Shown here one piece after another: positions 1 to 14,067 of a stretch of DNA of 64,000 nt. Origin of the DNA: Octopus sinensis (Eukaryota); the NCBI RefSeq assembly GCF_006345805.1, contig NC_043002.1, forward strand, positions 117,490,001 through 117,554,000, given 5' to 3'. The position numbers and the translations under genes were made by a program. The notes below the pieces were generated by a model. It worked only from the letters and a program-made list of their open reading frames with translations, was not told where the DNA came from and searched no databases. Position 1 is the stretch's first letter. Each line of letters begins with the position of its first letter.

Positions 1-180
1 ACATACATATTTATGTTTGAAATGAATCTATGCACGCAGTTGTGTGCCTCTATAAAACACATATATGAAGAGTTGTGATGCACACACGCACGCCTAAAAA
101 CATAACTATTGAGGAAACTTGTTCGCGCAGAGCATAAGAAGACGGATATCGCTGAATATATGAACGCACTGAATATATAA

Positions 181-261
<81 letters not shown>

Positions 262-720
262 GTAAATTATATATATAATTTATATATATTTACAAACCCT
301 GGGAACTGACTTAACTGACTTAACTAAAGTCTTTTCACTTTGTTTGCGAGCGGCTTGGATTCCATTAAAAAGAACTTAAATATTATATATATATCTTAAA
401 GAAACACGCATACACACACGCACACACACACACGAACGCGCATGCACACTACCACCACCATACGCACATATACACCAGGTCAGCTTTGATCCAGCAGGCC
501 CTTTGATCAAAGTCATTTCAGCCGAAACTATTTCACTCATTTGAGAGTTATGCATGCATGGGCATACTGAGTGTTACGATGGTGTTACGGATATAGGGGC
601 TCAATTCTGATCGATGTATACTGTGGCTTGCTGTTAATAAGTAAACACTATAGGGCCCAATATATTGATTTGTCCTGGGGCCTGTAATTTTGCTAAGTTG
701 GCTCTGATGCAGGGGCTATA

Positions 721-905
721 AGGTTGCGAGCTAGCAGAGTCGTTAGCACGTTGGACATTTTTTTCGGTTCTTCACGTTCTGAGTTAAAATCTCGCCGAGG
801 TTGACCTTGTCTTTTATCTTTTTTTCGAAGTCGATAAAATAAAGTACCAGTCAAGTACTGGGGTCGATGTAATCGACTTATCCCCTCCTCTTAAAATTGG
901 TCTTG
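721..905 (+). mobile_element. tRNA-derived SINE, family A (Meta-domain-like), degenerate
   Basis: Head GCGAGCTAGCAGAGTCGTTAGCACG, B-box-like GAGTTAAAATC, body GTCGATAAAATAAAGTACCAG...GGGGTCGATGTAATCGAC, shared with many other copies in the window. Confidence 0.75.
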
Positions 906-1570
906 AGCGCTGCTGCGTTGTGATCTCGGTAACTCTTATACCATGGAAACCGAGTATCGAGTCTTATGAGACCTCGGACTCAAAAAAAAAAAAAAAAAAT
1001 GTAGGAGCCATATTATTTGATATGGCTTTTTCCTTATTTAAGACGATATACTGTGGATTGAGGGAGGTGTAGCTAATTTTTTCCTAACAGATCGAATTCG
1101 TGGTGCCGGTGATAAACATACATGTTTCTAGTATAACTTGTGATCTACATTAGTTCAAATGTTATAGTTTGTGATCTACACCGACTTTTTGATCAACATT
1201 TGATCTACATCAATGATTCCTCCTCCTCCTCCTCCTCCTCCTCCTACTACTACTACTACTACTACTACTATTCGGTATTTAATAGTTTCTACTGCATCGC
1301 CTGCCACTCTTTCCGTATTGCTGAGGTGTGTGCAAGCATTGTGTGAGGTCATGTTTGTTTTTTCTTTTGGAGGAGCACAGACTTTTCCCAGTATTGTATT
1401 GCTTCAATTTGTTTTGTTATGAGGGTTTGGTTGCAGTCTTTTGTTGTATTAGTGTTTGTATTGTGTGTAGTGTGTGTAATGCGAATTGTGTTCTACTGTT
1501 GGGTATCCAAATCTGTATTGGGTATCCGACCTGCAGAGCACATATTGTGGTGGAGTTGTTGTTATTGTTG

Positions 1571-1631
<61 letters not shown>

Positions 1632-1784
1632 GTGCCAAAACATACATCTAATGCAAAAACTTTTCAGGGGCTCTTAAAATGCTATTGTGGATTCTTAATT
1701 TGCTATTTTCTTACATAAGATCTCTCCAAAACACTGCTTTACCTGGTTTTCGTCGCGCCCACGGACGACCGAACACGATGTGCA

Positions 1785-1785
1785 C

Positions 1786-1816
<31 letters not shown>

Positions 1817-2792
1817 TGTATGTTTGTATGTATGTTTGTATGTACGTATGTATGTATGTATGTATGTGTGTATGTATGTGTGTATGTATGTATGTATGTA
1901 TGCTTGTATGTACGTATGTATGTATGTGTGTATGTATGTGTGTATTTATGTATGTATGCATGTTTGTGTGTATGTATGTAGTATGTATTATGTATGTATG
2001 TGTATGTATTATGTATGTATGTATGTATGTATGTATGTGTATGTATGTATGTATGTATGTATGTATGTGTGTATGTATGTGTGATGTATGTATGTATGTA
2101 TGTACGTATGTATGTATGTATGTATGTATGTATGTATGTATGTATGTATGTATGTATGTATGTATGTACGTATGTATGTATGTATGTATGTGTGTATGTA
2201 TGTATGTATGTATGTATGTATGTATGTATGTTTGTATGTTTGTATGTATGTATGTATGTATGTATGTATGTTTGTATGTATGTATGTATGTACGCATGTA
2301 TGTATTTATGTATGTATGTATGTGTGTATTTATGTATGTATGTATGTATGTACATAGTATGTATGTATGTATGTATGTATGTATGTTTGTATGTATGTAT
2401 GTATGTATGTATGTATGTATGTATGTATGTGTGTATTTATGTATGTATGCATGTTTGTGTGTATGTATGTATGTATGTATGTTTGTATGTATGTATGTAT
2501 GTACGCATGTATGTATGTATGTATGTATGTGTGTATTTATGTATGTATGCATGTTTGTATGTATGTATGTATGTATGTATGTACGTATGTATGTATGTAT
2601 GTATGTTTGTATGTATGTATGTATGTACGCATGTATGTATTTATGTATGTATGTATGTATGCATGCATGTATGTATGTATGTATGTATGTATGTATGCAT
2701 GCATGTATGTATGTATGTGTGTATTTATGTATGTATATATGTATGCATGTATGTATGTATGTATGCATGTTTGTATGTGTGTGTGTGTGTGT
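1785..2792. repeat. ~1 kb (TATG)n compound microsatellite
   Basis: Directly visible; source of the MYVC/HTYI ORFs. Confidence 0.98.
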
Positions 2793-2799
2793 TTTAAGA

Positions 2800-4075
2800 A
2801 GATGAGTAGATGTGTAGATGTTTTATGTATGTATTCTCATGCATATAGTTGCATGTCTAGGCATGCTCATACATATTTAAAGGATAACATTCTGGAAAGT
2901 TTTACAGATTTTTACAGTTCCAGTGATTAGTTGGATCTGTAGCCTTCGAAATAGCCTTCTTCCTTCTGGTTTTGAGAAGCTTAATTAATTAACTAAGCTG
3001 GAAATACATGTTGCAATCACCGGGTCGAAAGAGTACTGGAGTCGAAAGAGTCCTGGAGTCGAAAGAGTCCTGGAGTCGAAAGAGTACTGGAGTCGAAAGA
3101 GTACTGGAGTCGAAAGAGTACTGGAGTCGAAAGAGTACTGGAGTCGAAAGAGTCCTGGAGTCGAAAGAGTACTGGAGTCGAAAGAGTACTGGAGTCGAAA
3201 GAGTACTGGAGTCGAAAGAGTCCTGGAGTCGGAGAAATCGAAGACTTTGTGGGACCTTTCCTATTCAAACAGACAATAAGTTAGAAAAATCCCTGAAATG
3301 TTTCACAGAATTTCACTGTCGCCTGATCGAGTGTATCTGGAGAATGCAAATCAGTTTGCACTGTCCTTTTTTTCTTCTTTCCCTTTCTTTTGATAACCTT
3401 AACGTTTCTAGATTTCTATGAAAATCTATTTTTATGTTACCCAATGCATAAAAGGATCAAAGTAACAAACGAAAATCTATAGCCTGGATAAAGGGAATGT
3501 AGGTTTCTCATTAGCATCCTATTCCTCAGGTTTTGATATGATATTCACATCCGCTGGACGACTGATCTCTACAATAATGCATTTCTTTTGCTCCATGTTC
3601 CATACAACTGTATTTGGCCTGTTGTACTTACAGCGAGTCACTGCTTTTATTGGAATGCGCCATCATTATACCTTATTCTTAAAGATGAGAATACCTCCTG
3701 GTTCTGGTGTGCCTTTGGTATGGCAGTCAGAACAATCCTTCCTGTGTATTGTAGTGTATTGTAGACTGTCTTAGAGATAATATCATGTCTCACGGGAAGG
3801 TAATATTTTGAAGACATCTTTAGGCAGCTACTAATAAAATGAGTGATATCTTCCATACTGGCATGGTACGATCGACACTTTCTTAAGAGGTTTAGAGGCA
3901 TCCTTATTTGCTTTGCTGACTGAGTAATAAGTATCTATCTCCTGTCCCTAGACAGCAAAGGCATAACTTTCTAGGTGAGATGTGATGTACTTATCAAAAT
4001 TCGAGGAGAGGCTACTATTACTGTCAATGATGCAGGCATTCTCCAGTTTGAGAGGTAGGTACCGATGCATAAAAT
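2800..4075 (-). mobile_element. R4/Dong-type RLE non-LTR retrotransposon, decayed 3' part
   Basis: Minus-strand translation gives SHLESYAFAV*GQEI, decayed CCHC knuckle KCRSYHASMEDITHFISSC...RHD, RLE-like YNRPNTVVWNMEQKKCIIVEISRPADVNI and C-terminus LQIQLITGTVKICKTF; 3' end abuts (CA)n/(TACA)n. Confidence 0.75.
3024..3230 (+). repeat. 17-bp minisatellite, ~12 copies (GTCGAAAGAGT[A/C]CTGGA)
   Basis: Head-to-tail units with two variants and no spacers. Confidence 0.95.
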
Positions 4076-4174
4076 AAGTACTAGATTCGATTCGTTCGAC
4101 AAAAAATTCTTCAACGTGGTGCCCCAGCATGGCCGCAGTCTAATGACTGAAAGAAGAAAGAGATAAAAACTGGA

Positions 4175-5030
4175 TAAAGAAATCCACAGAAATAAAGCAA
4201 ACGCTAATCGATAACAGGTATTCTAATTAACTGATAGACTAAGCCATAGATCAATACAACTACAATACTACACAACATATACATCAGACACTACATTCAT
4301 TACAAATATACAGAGCACACATAATGTGTAGCTTATACATCAAATACTAACGACAGAATACAGGAAAGCATTATCGAGGACCTCATAAAACAGAACACAA
4401 CAAGTTCTACACTAAGCCATAAACTAACCCTCATAATATACTACAAAAATGAAAGAACACTGAAAGTACAGACCTTTTTATCAATAACGCACCACAGGCA
4501 TGTAAACCTGCAAACAAGCTGCTAATAAGCAATATGATTAATAAATTCGATTGCAAATATGTAAGTTGTAAGCTTCACTCTTCCGTTGACTCACCAGGCA
4601 CTTACAAACGAGGAGCAATAATAATTCGCTCATCAACCAACCAACCAGCCATCCAACCACAATCGAAACAAAACTAGATGGGAAAACGTTTGTGAACAAC
4701 ACATCTACAGTCTACAAAATTGCCTACAAAAAATGAATTAATAATGGAAGCAGCTTTGCTGTGAAAAAGGACAATGCAAAAAGAAAAAATAATAATTAGG
4801 ACACAAACAATACACAAACAATATAAAAGTAAGCATCTGACGACGTATAAATCTGAAGGTAAAAATTTTAATTCCTGTAGTAATGTTTACACCAATCAGC
4901 TTGGTTCTGCGTAATATAAAACTGTAACAATCTATGCCGATGTCACTTCATTCTGAAGATGTGACTAAGAACGTCTATAAGCGATGATGATGAAGTTTGA
5001 AATTTTACTGTTTCAAACAAAGGAACTTCA
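4175..5030 (+). mobile_element. Heavily decayed Penelope-like remnant
   Basis: A-rich decayed frame with KFDCKYVSC and LTRHLQT-GAI-like GIY-YIG region traces; CTGAAGA near 4953 upstream of (TA)n. Confidence 0.45.
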
Positions 5031-5084
5031 TGTGGATATATGAATGCGTGTGCATATGTGTGCGTGTATGTGCGTGAGTGATGC

Positions 5085-5179
<95 letters not shown>

Positions 5180-5180
5180 A

Positions 5181-5260
5181 CTCTGATGAGATTTTGCCTA
5201 ATATAATGATTTAATAATTGCTATTTTACTCTTTAGGCTTAATTGAAACAGCTATAAGAG
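5181..5260 (+). ncRNA. Degenerate type-I hammerhead motif in a TA-flanked insert
   Basis: ct-CTGATGA, long stem II (gccta/taggc), GAAAC-AGCT-ATA-agag; stem I truncated and G of the triplet mutated. Confidence 0.45.
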
Positions 5261-5899
5261 AATATGTTGGATTTTTGCAGATAATAAATTTTTATTAAAT
5301 ACTATATCTCCATTTTATTAATTTTCTTTTATATATATATATACATACTCACGTGAGAGGCAGAACGAACGAAAGAGAGTAGCACTCAGCACATTAACAC
5401 ATTTGGTTTGAATAGATGAGATAGATTCAGTCTGTCACACTCCAACTCCATATAACTCCTCACTTCGTGTGGGAGAATGTATTATGGTTACCAGTTTAAT
5501 CAGAAGTGACCTGAGGTAACACAGCAACAGCAAAAACATCAACAACGAATAGAAGACTATGCGTTGACCAATATGCTTTAAAAAAACAGCTAAGTTCCTT
5601 CAAAAATCATACTTTGTCTTCTTCAAAGAAAAAGAGAGGGAAAATCACACCAATGTAGTCCTGGATATACGAAAAGACGACACGGTTACGGCTGGAACGT
5701 CATTTGCTCAATCGGGACTGATCTAGAGCTAACAATACACAAACAAGCAAAAACAAAGACAATAATTAATTAACTGTAAGGCAGGTAAAATGCTTAGCAA
5801 CATTTCGTGTGTCTTTACGTCCCAAGTTCAAATTCTGTCGCGGTCGATAAAATAAGCACTAGATGGACGTTGGAGATCGATGTCATCGACTTAACCAAC

Positions 5900-6125
5900 T
5901 TGAATTTGAGAATATTAAAGACGAGCTATGCAAAGAACCAATGTCGAAGCCATTTGATCCTAGATTAATTACCGAGCTGACGACAGATGCATCAATGAAT
6001 AGCGTTGCAGCAATGTGCCAAGAAAATTAACACCTGCTGAAACTAATTGGTCAAGTATAGAATGCGAAGCATTTGCCATCGTATGGGCCATTAACCGTCT
6101 CAAACAATTTCTGTTAGGTAAAACA
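5900..6125 (+). mobile_element. Ty3/Gypsy RNase H fragment
   Basis: KPFDPRLITELTTDAS and RKLTPAETNWSSIECEAFAIVWAINRLKQFLLGK. Confidence 0.8.
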
Positions 6126-6404
6126 AACTCATACTGTCTCAGTTGGTCGTTGGTCTAAGAAGCAGCAAGAAACAAAAGAAAGCTCTTCGAGCTAATTAAA
6201 ATAAATGGGGACACTCAATTGATTCAATCGCTACCGGATCATGATTGATGTTGTTAGCCCTACATTCAACCAGATCAGGTAAACTATATTGACTTTGGCG
6301 ACAAAACAAAAAGCAATATTGATTTTTAACATTCATTCAGACCAGACATTAAAGATGAGAATGTTTGGCTGATTACCTCTACCCTAGTAGTATGGTTAGT
6401 AATT

Positions 6405-7030
6405 TATTTTGTCGACCCCTGGAAGAATGAGAAAGAAAGTCAACCTCGAAGATATTCTTTTCTATTCTAGGCACAAGGCCTGAATTTTTTGGGGAGAGGT
6501 CCAGTCAATAAGATCGACCCCAGTACGCAACTGGTACTTAATTTATCGATTCCGAAAGGATGAAAGGCAAAGTCGACTTCGGTGGAATTTGAACTCAGAA
6601 CACAAAGACAGACGAAATACCGCTAAGCATTTCGCCTGAAGTGCTAACGTTTCTGACAGTTCACTGCTTTAAACCTCAATGATATTGGATACTCCTATAA
6701 GTTCAAGGTACTTATTTTATCGACCCCGAAAGGGTGAAAGGCAAAGTCGACTGCGGTGGAATTTGAACTCAGATCATAAAGACAGAAGAAAGGCTGCTAA
6801 GCATTTTGGTCGACGCACTAATGATTCTGCTAGCTCGCCACTTCTAATAATATTGGTTCCAAATTTTGGCACAAGGTTTGCGATTTCGAGGGAGGGATAA
6901 ATCGATTTCCTTGAACCCAGTTACTCAACTGGTACTTATTTTATCGACCCCGAAAGGATGAAAGACAAAACTGACTGAGGCGGAATTTGAACTCAGGATG
7001 TAAAGACGGACGAAATACTGCTAAGCATTC
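6405..7030 (-). mobile_element. Cluster of ~4 family-A SINEs in the same orientation
   Basis: Repeated TATCGACCCCGAAAGGATGAAAGGCAAAGTCGAC...GAATTTGAACTCAG. Confidence 0.9.
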
Positions 7031-7439
7031 ACTTCACTTCAGGAGATATTGGCACTAAGAACTAAAAGAACTTCATTAAACATTAAACACTGCAAGGCAT
7101 ATTTGATTCATTCTTCCACTATCCCTGTCACACATTGCTCACTGACCTTAAAGAACCACTAAGTGGTTGCTCTATCTGCTAAAAATATCAACCACATCTT
7201 CTTCAAATCACACCGGCAGGAATGACTTTGATAATAGGCTTGCTTGATCAAGATTGACTTATGTTCAAACAACACTAAAAGATAGCTTTGTACGCAGTTT
7301 GCTATATTTTTTTGTTTAAAGGCTCGTCAGCGAAGTGTAACTTCAAGCGAAACTCACCAATATACCGTATGATCCAAATCCGTTGCCGTCCGCATTATGG
7401 CTGATTATTTTAGAGATAACTAGAGAAAAAAAAATCTCC

Positions 7440-8090
7440 ATCCCCACCACCACTACAATAACCAACACCACCACTGCCATCACCACCATCACCACCATCA
7501 ACACCACCACCACCACCACCACCACCACCACCACCACCACCATCACTACCAACATCATCACCATTATCCCCACCATCATCACCACCACAGCACAACTACT
7601 ACCACCACCTATGTAACGGCCACCCCACCACTACAATCACTACCTCCACTGCCACCACCACCACCACCACCACTTCTACCGCGGCCACCACTACAACCAC
7701 TACCTCCACTGCTACCCCTACCATCACTACCGCCACTACCATCAACAACACACTGCCACCACCACTACAACCACCAATACCACCATCACCAACAACAACA
7801 CCTCCATTAACACTACTATTACTATTAATGCAACCATCCACGCTACCACTACCACCGCTACCTCTACAATCGGCATCGTCATCACCACTACTAATATAAA
7901 TATCAAGACTATCCCCACCTCTACCTCCATCTACACCACACTTACCATCGTCCTCACCACCACTCCCACCGTCACCTCCACCACCCTCACCACCACCACT
8001 CTCACCGCCACCACCCTCACCACTACCGCTACCACCTCCACCACCCTCCCCATCACCATTCTCACCATCCTCACCAACACCCTCAGCTGT
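7440..8090. repeat. Degenerate (ACC)n/(ACT)n trinucleotide low-complexity tract
   Basis: Directly visible. Confidence 0.9.
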
Positions 8091-8503
8091 CAAACAATCT
8101 TTATCAATCTATCAAGTGAAAATTGTTTTCCAAAGCAGCCACAGGTGGCCTTAATCTGTTTTAGAGCAGGTGTCAGTATAAAGTTAGGATTCGAACCTGT
8201 GTGTCATTTGATAGCCTACTTCGAATCACACACACACACACACACACAAAACACACCCAAACACACACACACACACACACATAGACATACACACTTAGAT
8301 ATTTATACACACCACACACTCACACACTCATAAATATGTGTGTATGTTTGTGTTTGTGTGTCTGTAATGGCTGTCACCAGTAGTTACATGATTTAACCGT
8401 TACATATACGCGTGCATACACACACACACGCACGCACACACGCACGCACGCACCCACACACACACATATATATAAACAAAATCGAACACACAAGGTGCTT
8501 CTA

Positions 8504-8567
<64 letters not shown>

Positions 8568-9220
8568 GAGGAGGGTGAGAGAGAGGAAAGAGAGGAGGGT
8601 GAGAGAGAGGAAAGAGAGGAGAGTGATATATATACATATATATATATATATATAGAATCATCATTACGAACATGTGAGAGTGTGTGTGTATGTGTTTGTC
8701 TATCTTTCTTCCTCTACACACGCACAGACAGACACATACATGCACACACACACATATGTACACACACATATGTACACACACACACACACGTGTGTGTGTA
8801 TACATATGTGTGTGTGCATGTGTGTGTCTGTCTGTGTGTAGAGGGAGAAAGATAGACAAACACATACACACACACACATGCACGCACACACACATACGCA
8901 CACATACACACACACACATACACACACACACACACTGCACAAAAACACGGCCTGTTGAAGTTGAGAGATGCTGAGAAGCGAACGGTGGAGGCGGATAAGG
9001 GGTTGGCGGTGGAGGCGGAGATGCTTTTGTAAACAAAAGAAAGCAAACAAACCGACAAAGAAATTAGGGTTGATGACGATAATGATGTTTCTACAGCCCT
9101 TCCCACCTCTATCGACCCATCCCTTTCACTTCTATTGCACTTCTTCATTTCCCAGGTACTTCGCTTGCTTTTGCTTTTAGTTTTAAACATAAACATTGCA
9201 GCTTCAATAATTAATCAGTG

Positions 9221-9251
<31 letters not shown>

Positions 9252-9524
9252 GTCGTCGCCGCCGACGCCTCCATTGTTGTCATTATCACCATCATCATCA
9301 TTGCCATCATCACCATCATCATCACCGATTTCATCGTCACCATCATTATTATCACCACCAACATTACCATCGTCGTCGCGAGATTAAGAAGTTCGCTTCG
9401 CGAATTCGTGGTTTCGGGTACGATCCTATTGCATAGTACCCTGGGCAAATGTCTTCTACCGTGATTTATAGTCGATCGAAGGTTTGTCAGTAAAATTTGG
9501 TAGAGGGGAAATAATGATTTTATT

Positions 9525-9960
9525 TTATTAACTCTGCCTTAGCGAAGGCGGAGATATTGTTTCAGTAGTGTTTGTTTGTTAATTTGTTTGTTTGTCCGTA
9601 GACAAGATATCTCAAGCGTTGCTGGATGGATTCGGATGAAACTTACAGGGATGTTTGGCCGTGTTACTGGCACGAACTGATTAGATTAATATGTTATTTA
9701 ATTTCTGAACGGTTTGGCTGTCGTTTGTTTATGTAGTTTGATTTCTTTATCCAACATTTTCTACCAAGATAGAGACGCGAGTAAAATTGATAATAGAGAA
9801 ATGAAAATAAAGCTTTTGAAACGGCAACGCCGTCGTAACTTACGTGGAAACCATGAGCGTGCTTTCAAGGGAGATAATCAGAGAAAGACTTGAAAGTCAA
9901 CGTAAGATCGTAATACTTCATGTAAAGTAAAGTAAATATAACAAATAATCCAGAATCCAG
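9525..9960 (+). mobile_element. Helentron/DINE-1-like non-autonomous element, partial, internally inverted
   Basis: 5' hairpin CTCTGCCTTAGCGAAGGCGGAG, (GTTT)n, GGATGGATTCGGATGAAACT; ~9690-9958 is reversed relative to the 42131 copy. Confidence 0.65.
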
Positions 9961-10335
9961 AAATACCATTTTTGACCAACCATCCCGCTTTTCTCATTCA
10001 GACCACAACTATGTCCTCGATTTTTAAGACAATATGTTGCAGTTTGAGAGAGATGTTTTTTGTCTATACTTTCTAGAAGTTTGCTCGATTATGTAGAGAT
10101 TCCCTCAAGGAAAGTTTTTAATTCTGTTTTATGTGAAGTCTTTTCTGCGACCATCTTAACCGACTGACTTGATCAGATAGAACCCAGTACTTATATATTT
10201 TTAAAGCCTGATAACACTTCCTATCGGTCAGTTTTTCGCCTAACTGTTAGAAGGACTTAAAACCAACACCAGTGAGAGACAAATACTAACACAAAAGTGC
10301 GCGCGCAACCACGCACGCACGCACACACACACACA

Positions 10336-10366
<31 letters not shown>

Positions 10367-10719
10367 CTCACGCACACACTCACACACACACTCACACACA
10401 CACACTGACACAGATATATACTTTTATGCTTTTACAGGCAGTGACGTGAAAACTGTAACTTCTAGAAAACGGCTTCCAAACAATTATTTCTAAGCAATTT
10501 TTGTTATAAACTTAGATAAACTTAGATGTGTTTCGACCAATGATTGGTCCAGGCCATGTCTAACTTAATTGTTAAGCAATTATTTCTAATCAATTATTTC
10601 TCATTGATTATTTCTAATCAATTATTTCTGACAAATTGATTCAAAGTTAACACTTGTAAGCAATCACTTCACTCTGAATATGGAATCTCTACGTGGACAC
10701 TTTACCTGCTAGAAATGGT

Positions 10720-11123
10720 TACTCTTTTGCTCTTTTACTCTTTTACTTGTTTCAGTCATTTAACTGTGACCATGCTGGAGCACTGCCTTTAGTCGAGCAA
10801 ATCAACCCAGGACTTATTCTTTGTAAGCCTAGTACTTAATTTATAGGTCTCTTTTGCCGAACCGCTAAGTTACGGCGACGTAAACACACCAGCATCGGTT
10901 GTCAAGTGAAGTTGGGGGGGAGGACAAACACAGACACACAAACATATACACATACATACATACATATATATATAGATGGGCTTCTTTCGGTTTCCGTCTA
11001 CCAAATCCACTCACATGGCTTTGTTCGGCCCGAGGCTATAGTAGAAAACACTTGTCCAAGGTGCCACCCGGAACCATGTGGTTGTTAAGCAAGCTGCTTA
11101 CCACACAGCTACTCCTGCGCCTG
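10720..11123 (-). mobile_element. tRNA-derived SINE, family B (CORE-like, internal microsatellite, LINE-type tail)
   Basis: Reverse complement of GGCGCAGGAGTAGCTGTGTGGTAAG...TTGGTAGACGGAAAC...CCAGCATGG...(GTAAAAGA)n; matches 54572-55030. Confidence 0.9.
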
Positions 11124-12334
11124 TAAAAGTATAACCAAGTTTATGGCATCTAAATTTTAACAACAAAATCTTATATGGCCCTCCAAGGGTCATATGGACC
11201 CCAGTTGAGAACTACTGCTTTAAATAGTGAGACCCAAAAACTTCACGTTCTCTTTCAAGCAAAAATTTCCAAGCAATTGCTTGCATGCAATGTCTTGTAA
11301 GCAATCACATTGCAAGCAGTTTCTTGCAAATGGTCGCTTGTAAGTCATCATAAAACTGGCAATCACTTGCAAGCGGTCAGTAACTGAATGCCTGTTTCAA
11401 ATTGCCCACTGTTAAGTAAAAGAGTAAAAGAGAGTAAAGATCAATATACAAAATATTTCAATTTTTTTATGCAATTCCTAATAATTATTCCTTTATGAAA
11501 ATATAGGAGTTTATTTAAACATCAAATGGCTACGGGGGTCCAGTTGAGTAAAATAAGAATGAAAAGGGTTCGTAAGTAAAAAATAATGGTCGAAAACCAC
11601 TGATTTACAGTGATTTGTCAAACTTTTCCACACGCGTGTTTACATGTCGATTATTAGGAAGCTTTAGCACTGGGATACATACTCTGCAAGCCTGTCCGAG
11701 TGGGGACATTATAAGTCCTTTGGTTGGAATGATCATTTAAGAATGGTATCTCTAATCCTTTCAGTTATTATCAGACTGATGGAGTTAATGCAAAAGATGT
11801 TCAGGGCGAACTCTTAAAGGTGAAATAAAGTCCTTACGAAAACCGTCGCTAAGGATGGGTTTTGTTATGACTGTACGTATAAAAGGAAACAATTGAAAGA
11901 AATGTTTAATGCAGAGATTGTAAAATAATATAGAATAATAAGCGCCAAGGGGAAAGAAGGAGGTGCATTATGTGGGTTTGAAGGAATGCTTCATGATTTA
12001 CTATTTACGATGAACAAAATCATTGTCTGTAGTGAAGTGGAAGTCTGGCCTTTGGGACACAACGTAGGGAATTTTGAGTTAAAATTCAAAATTGAATAAC
12101 ATGTGATCAGCAATCGAACGATTGCGATTCTGGTTATGGTCTTGTATATTCAACGTGGGAAATAATTAGATATAATGAAGAAGCATGTTATTACATACAC
12201 GTGGTTCTCTCTCACCAAATCTTATGAAATTATCCCATGCCATCTCCCAAAAATCTGCTCAGTACTTCACTATTTTCGATTCAAATTTCAACCCTTCTAA
12301 AATAATCATAGCTATTTCAATATTTGCAATGTCA

Positions 12335-12945
12335 AAGGCGGTGCACTGGCAGAAATGTTAGCACGCCAGGCGAAATGCTTAGCGATATTTCATCTGCCGC
12401 TACGTTCTGAGTTCAAATTCTGCCGAGGTCGACTTTGCCTTTCATCCTTTCGGGGTCGATTAAATAAGTACCTGTTACGCACTGGGGTCGATATAATCGA
12501 CTTAATCCGTTTGTCTGTCCTTGTTTGTCCTCTCTCTGTTTAGCCCCTTGTGGGTAGTAAAGAAATAGGTATTTCGTTTGCCACTTCGTTCTGAGTTGAA
12601 ATTCGGCCGAGGTCGACTTTGCCTTTCATCCTTTCGGGGTCGATTAAATAAGTACGCACTGGGGTCGATATAATCGACTGCCCCCCCCCCCTCCTAAAAA
12701 ATTTCGAGTAAGAAAAGAATATTTGCAATGTCAAAGGTGGCGAGCTGGCAGAAAGGTTAGCACGCCGGACAAAATGCTTAGTGGCATTTAGTCCATCTTT
12801 ACGTTTTGAGTTCAAATTCCGCCGAAGTCGACCTTAGAGTCGATAAAATAACTTCCTGTTGATCACTGGGGGAAAGGGTCGAGGTAATTGGCTTAGCCTC
12901 TCCCAATATTGCTGGCCTTGGAACCAAAATTTGGAACCAATATTT
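12335..12945 (+). mobile_element. Array of three family-A SINE units
   Basis: GGCGGTGCACTGGCAGAA...GAGTTCAAATTC...GCCTTTCATCCTTTCGGGGTCGAT; 20-bp direct repeat at 12319 and 12718. Confidence 0.9.
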
Positions 12946-13415
12946 GCTATATCTACTAAGTCAGCTAAAAGACCGTCTTTACCTGACCACCACATTTTTT
13001 TTAAACAGTGAAACTGTCGATCTGTAGATAAAGTTTCTGCATAGGAAACTTTATTCACTTTTCTTCTATGTCATTATACACGTATCAAGTTCGTTTCTTG
13101 TTCAATCTATTACAACTTATCATTTCTTGAACGAATATATACATGCAGTTAGCTGTTATTGCTTTTGTTAATTAAGCAATGTTAATTAAACCGATCTATG
13201 ATCAAAGGCATTCCACTTGTGAGCGTCCATGTTTTTTTATGCTTATGACTTCATTGGCCATTGTTTTCTTCCTTTAAGACGGTAGCATGTGATTCGAGGG
13301 AAATCGTTGTTGTTGTTTAGTTTCATATCAATCTTGGTCAAGCAGATCTAGGATTGAAGTAATTCCAACTATTAACATCTATCTTCTTGGATCTTTCCCC
13401 TTTGAACGGCAGATC

Positions 13416-13882
13416 GAGAAATTAATTTTTTGTAACTAAACACTTTCAAACTTCGGACAATGGTAGAATGTGTCCTATAAAACATCTTTTACTCTTAACA
13501 TTCTTGAGAAAAGTTTCTATTTACGATGTCACTTCGTGCTAAAGTTGTATTTCGGTAATTTCAACCAATCAATGACGTATATTCAGCTAACCCTAAAACC
13601 CTAAAGCTAAAACCAGTACAAACGCACGAACGAAGTCATAAATAACAGCGACAAATGAAATATATACCGCCGATAGTTGTTGTTGACAAACAACGGTAGT
13701 AATTTTATTCAGCTGAATACACGTCATTGATTGGTTGAAATTACCGAAATACGACAACTTTAACTCGAAATAACTTCGTAAATAGAAACTTTTCTCAAAA
13801 ACGCTAACAGTAAAAGATCTTTTATATGACACATTCTACTAGTGTCCGAAGTTTGAAAGTGTTTAGTTACAATTTTTCTCTT
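13416..13882. mobile_element. MITE with ~160-bp imperfect terminal inverted repeats
   Basis: TGTAACTAAACACTTTCAAACTTCGGAC...TTCAGCT (13432-13588) mirrored by AGCTGAA...GTCCGAAGTTTGAAAGTGTTTAGTTACA (13710-13871). Confidence 0.85.
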
Positions 13883-14035
13883 TCTTTACGAGTAACGTAT
13901 TTAGAACTACATCATCCAATGATTTTCTTTCTATTTCGTAAGATATCAGGGCGTGATATGAAGACTATTTGTCTGCCACGCACACACGCAAACACACACA
14001 CACACACGCAAACACACACACACACACACGCACGC

Positions 14036-14067
<32 letters not shown>

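Noticed and set aside
1695-2930. Long MYVC/HTYI ORFs (also 16661-17265, 31064-33989, 44631-45261)
   Set aside because: Translations of (TATG)n, (TG)n and (TA)n microsatellites that lack stops in several frames; no coding signal
3024-3230. CRISPR-like regular repeat
   Set aside because: Contiguous 17-bp units without unique spacers, no cas genes, eukaryotic context
7343-8093. Gly-rich or Thr/Pro-rich (mucin/extensin-like) protein
   Set aside because: Trinucleotide low complexity open in most frames; no splice or start context
9215-9448. Poly-His/Met ORF
   Set aside because: (CAT)n microsatellite followed by a decayed SINE head
13588-13612. Telomere-like AACCCTAA repeats
   Set aside because: Only 2-3 imperfect units inside a MITE
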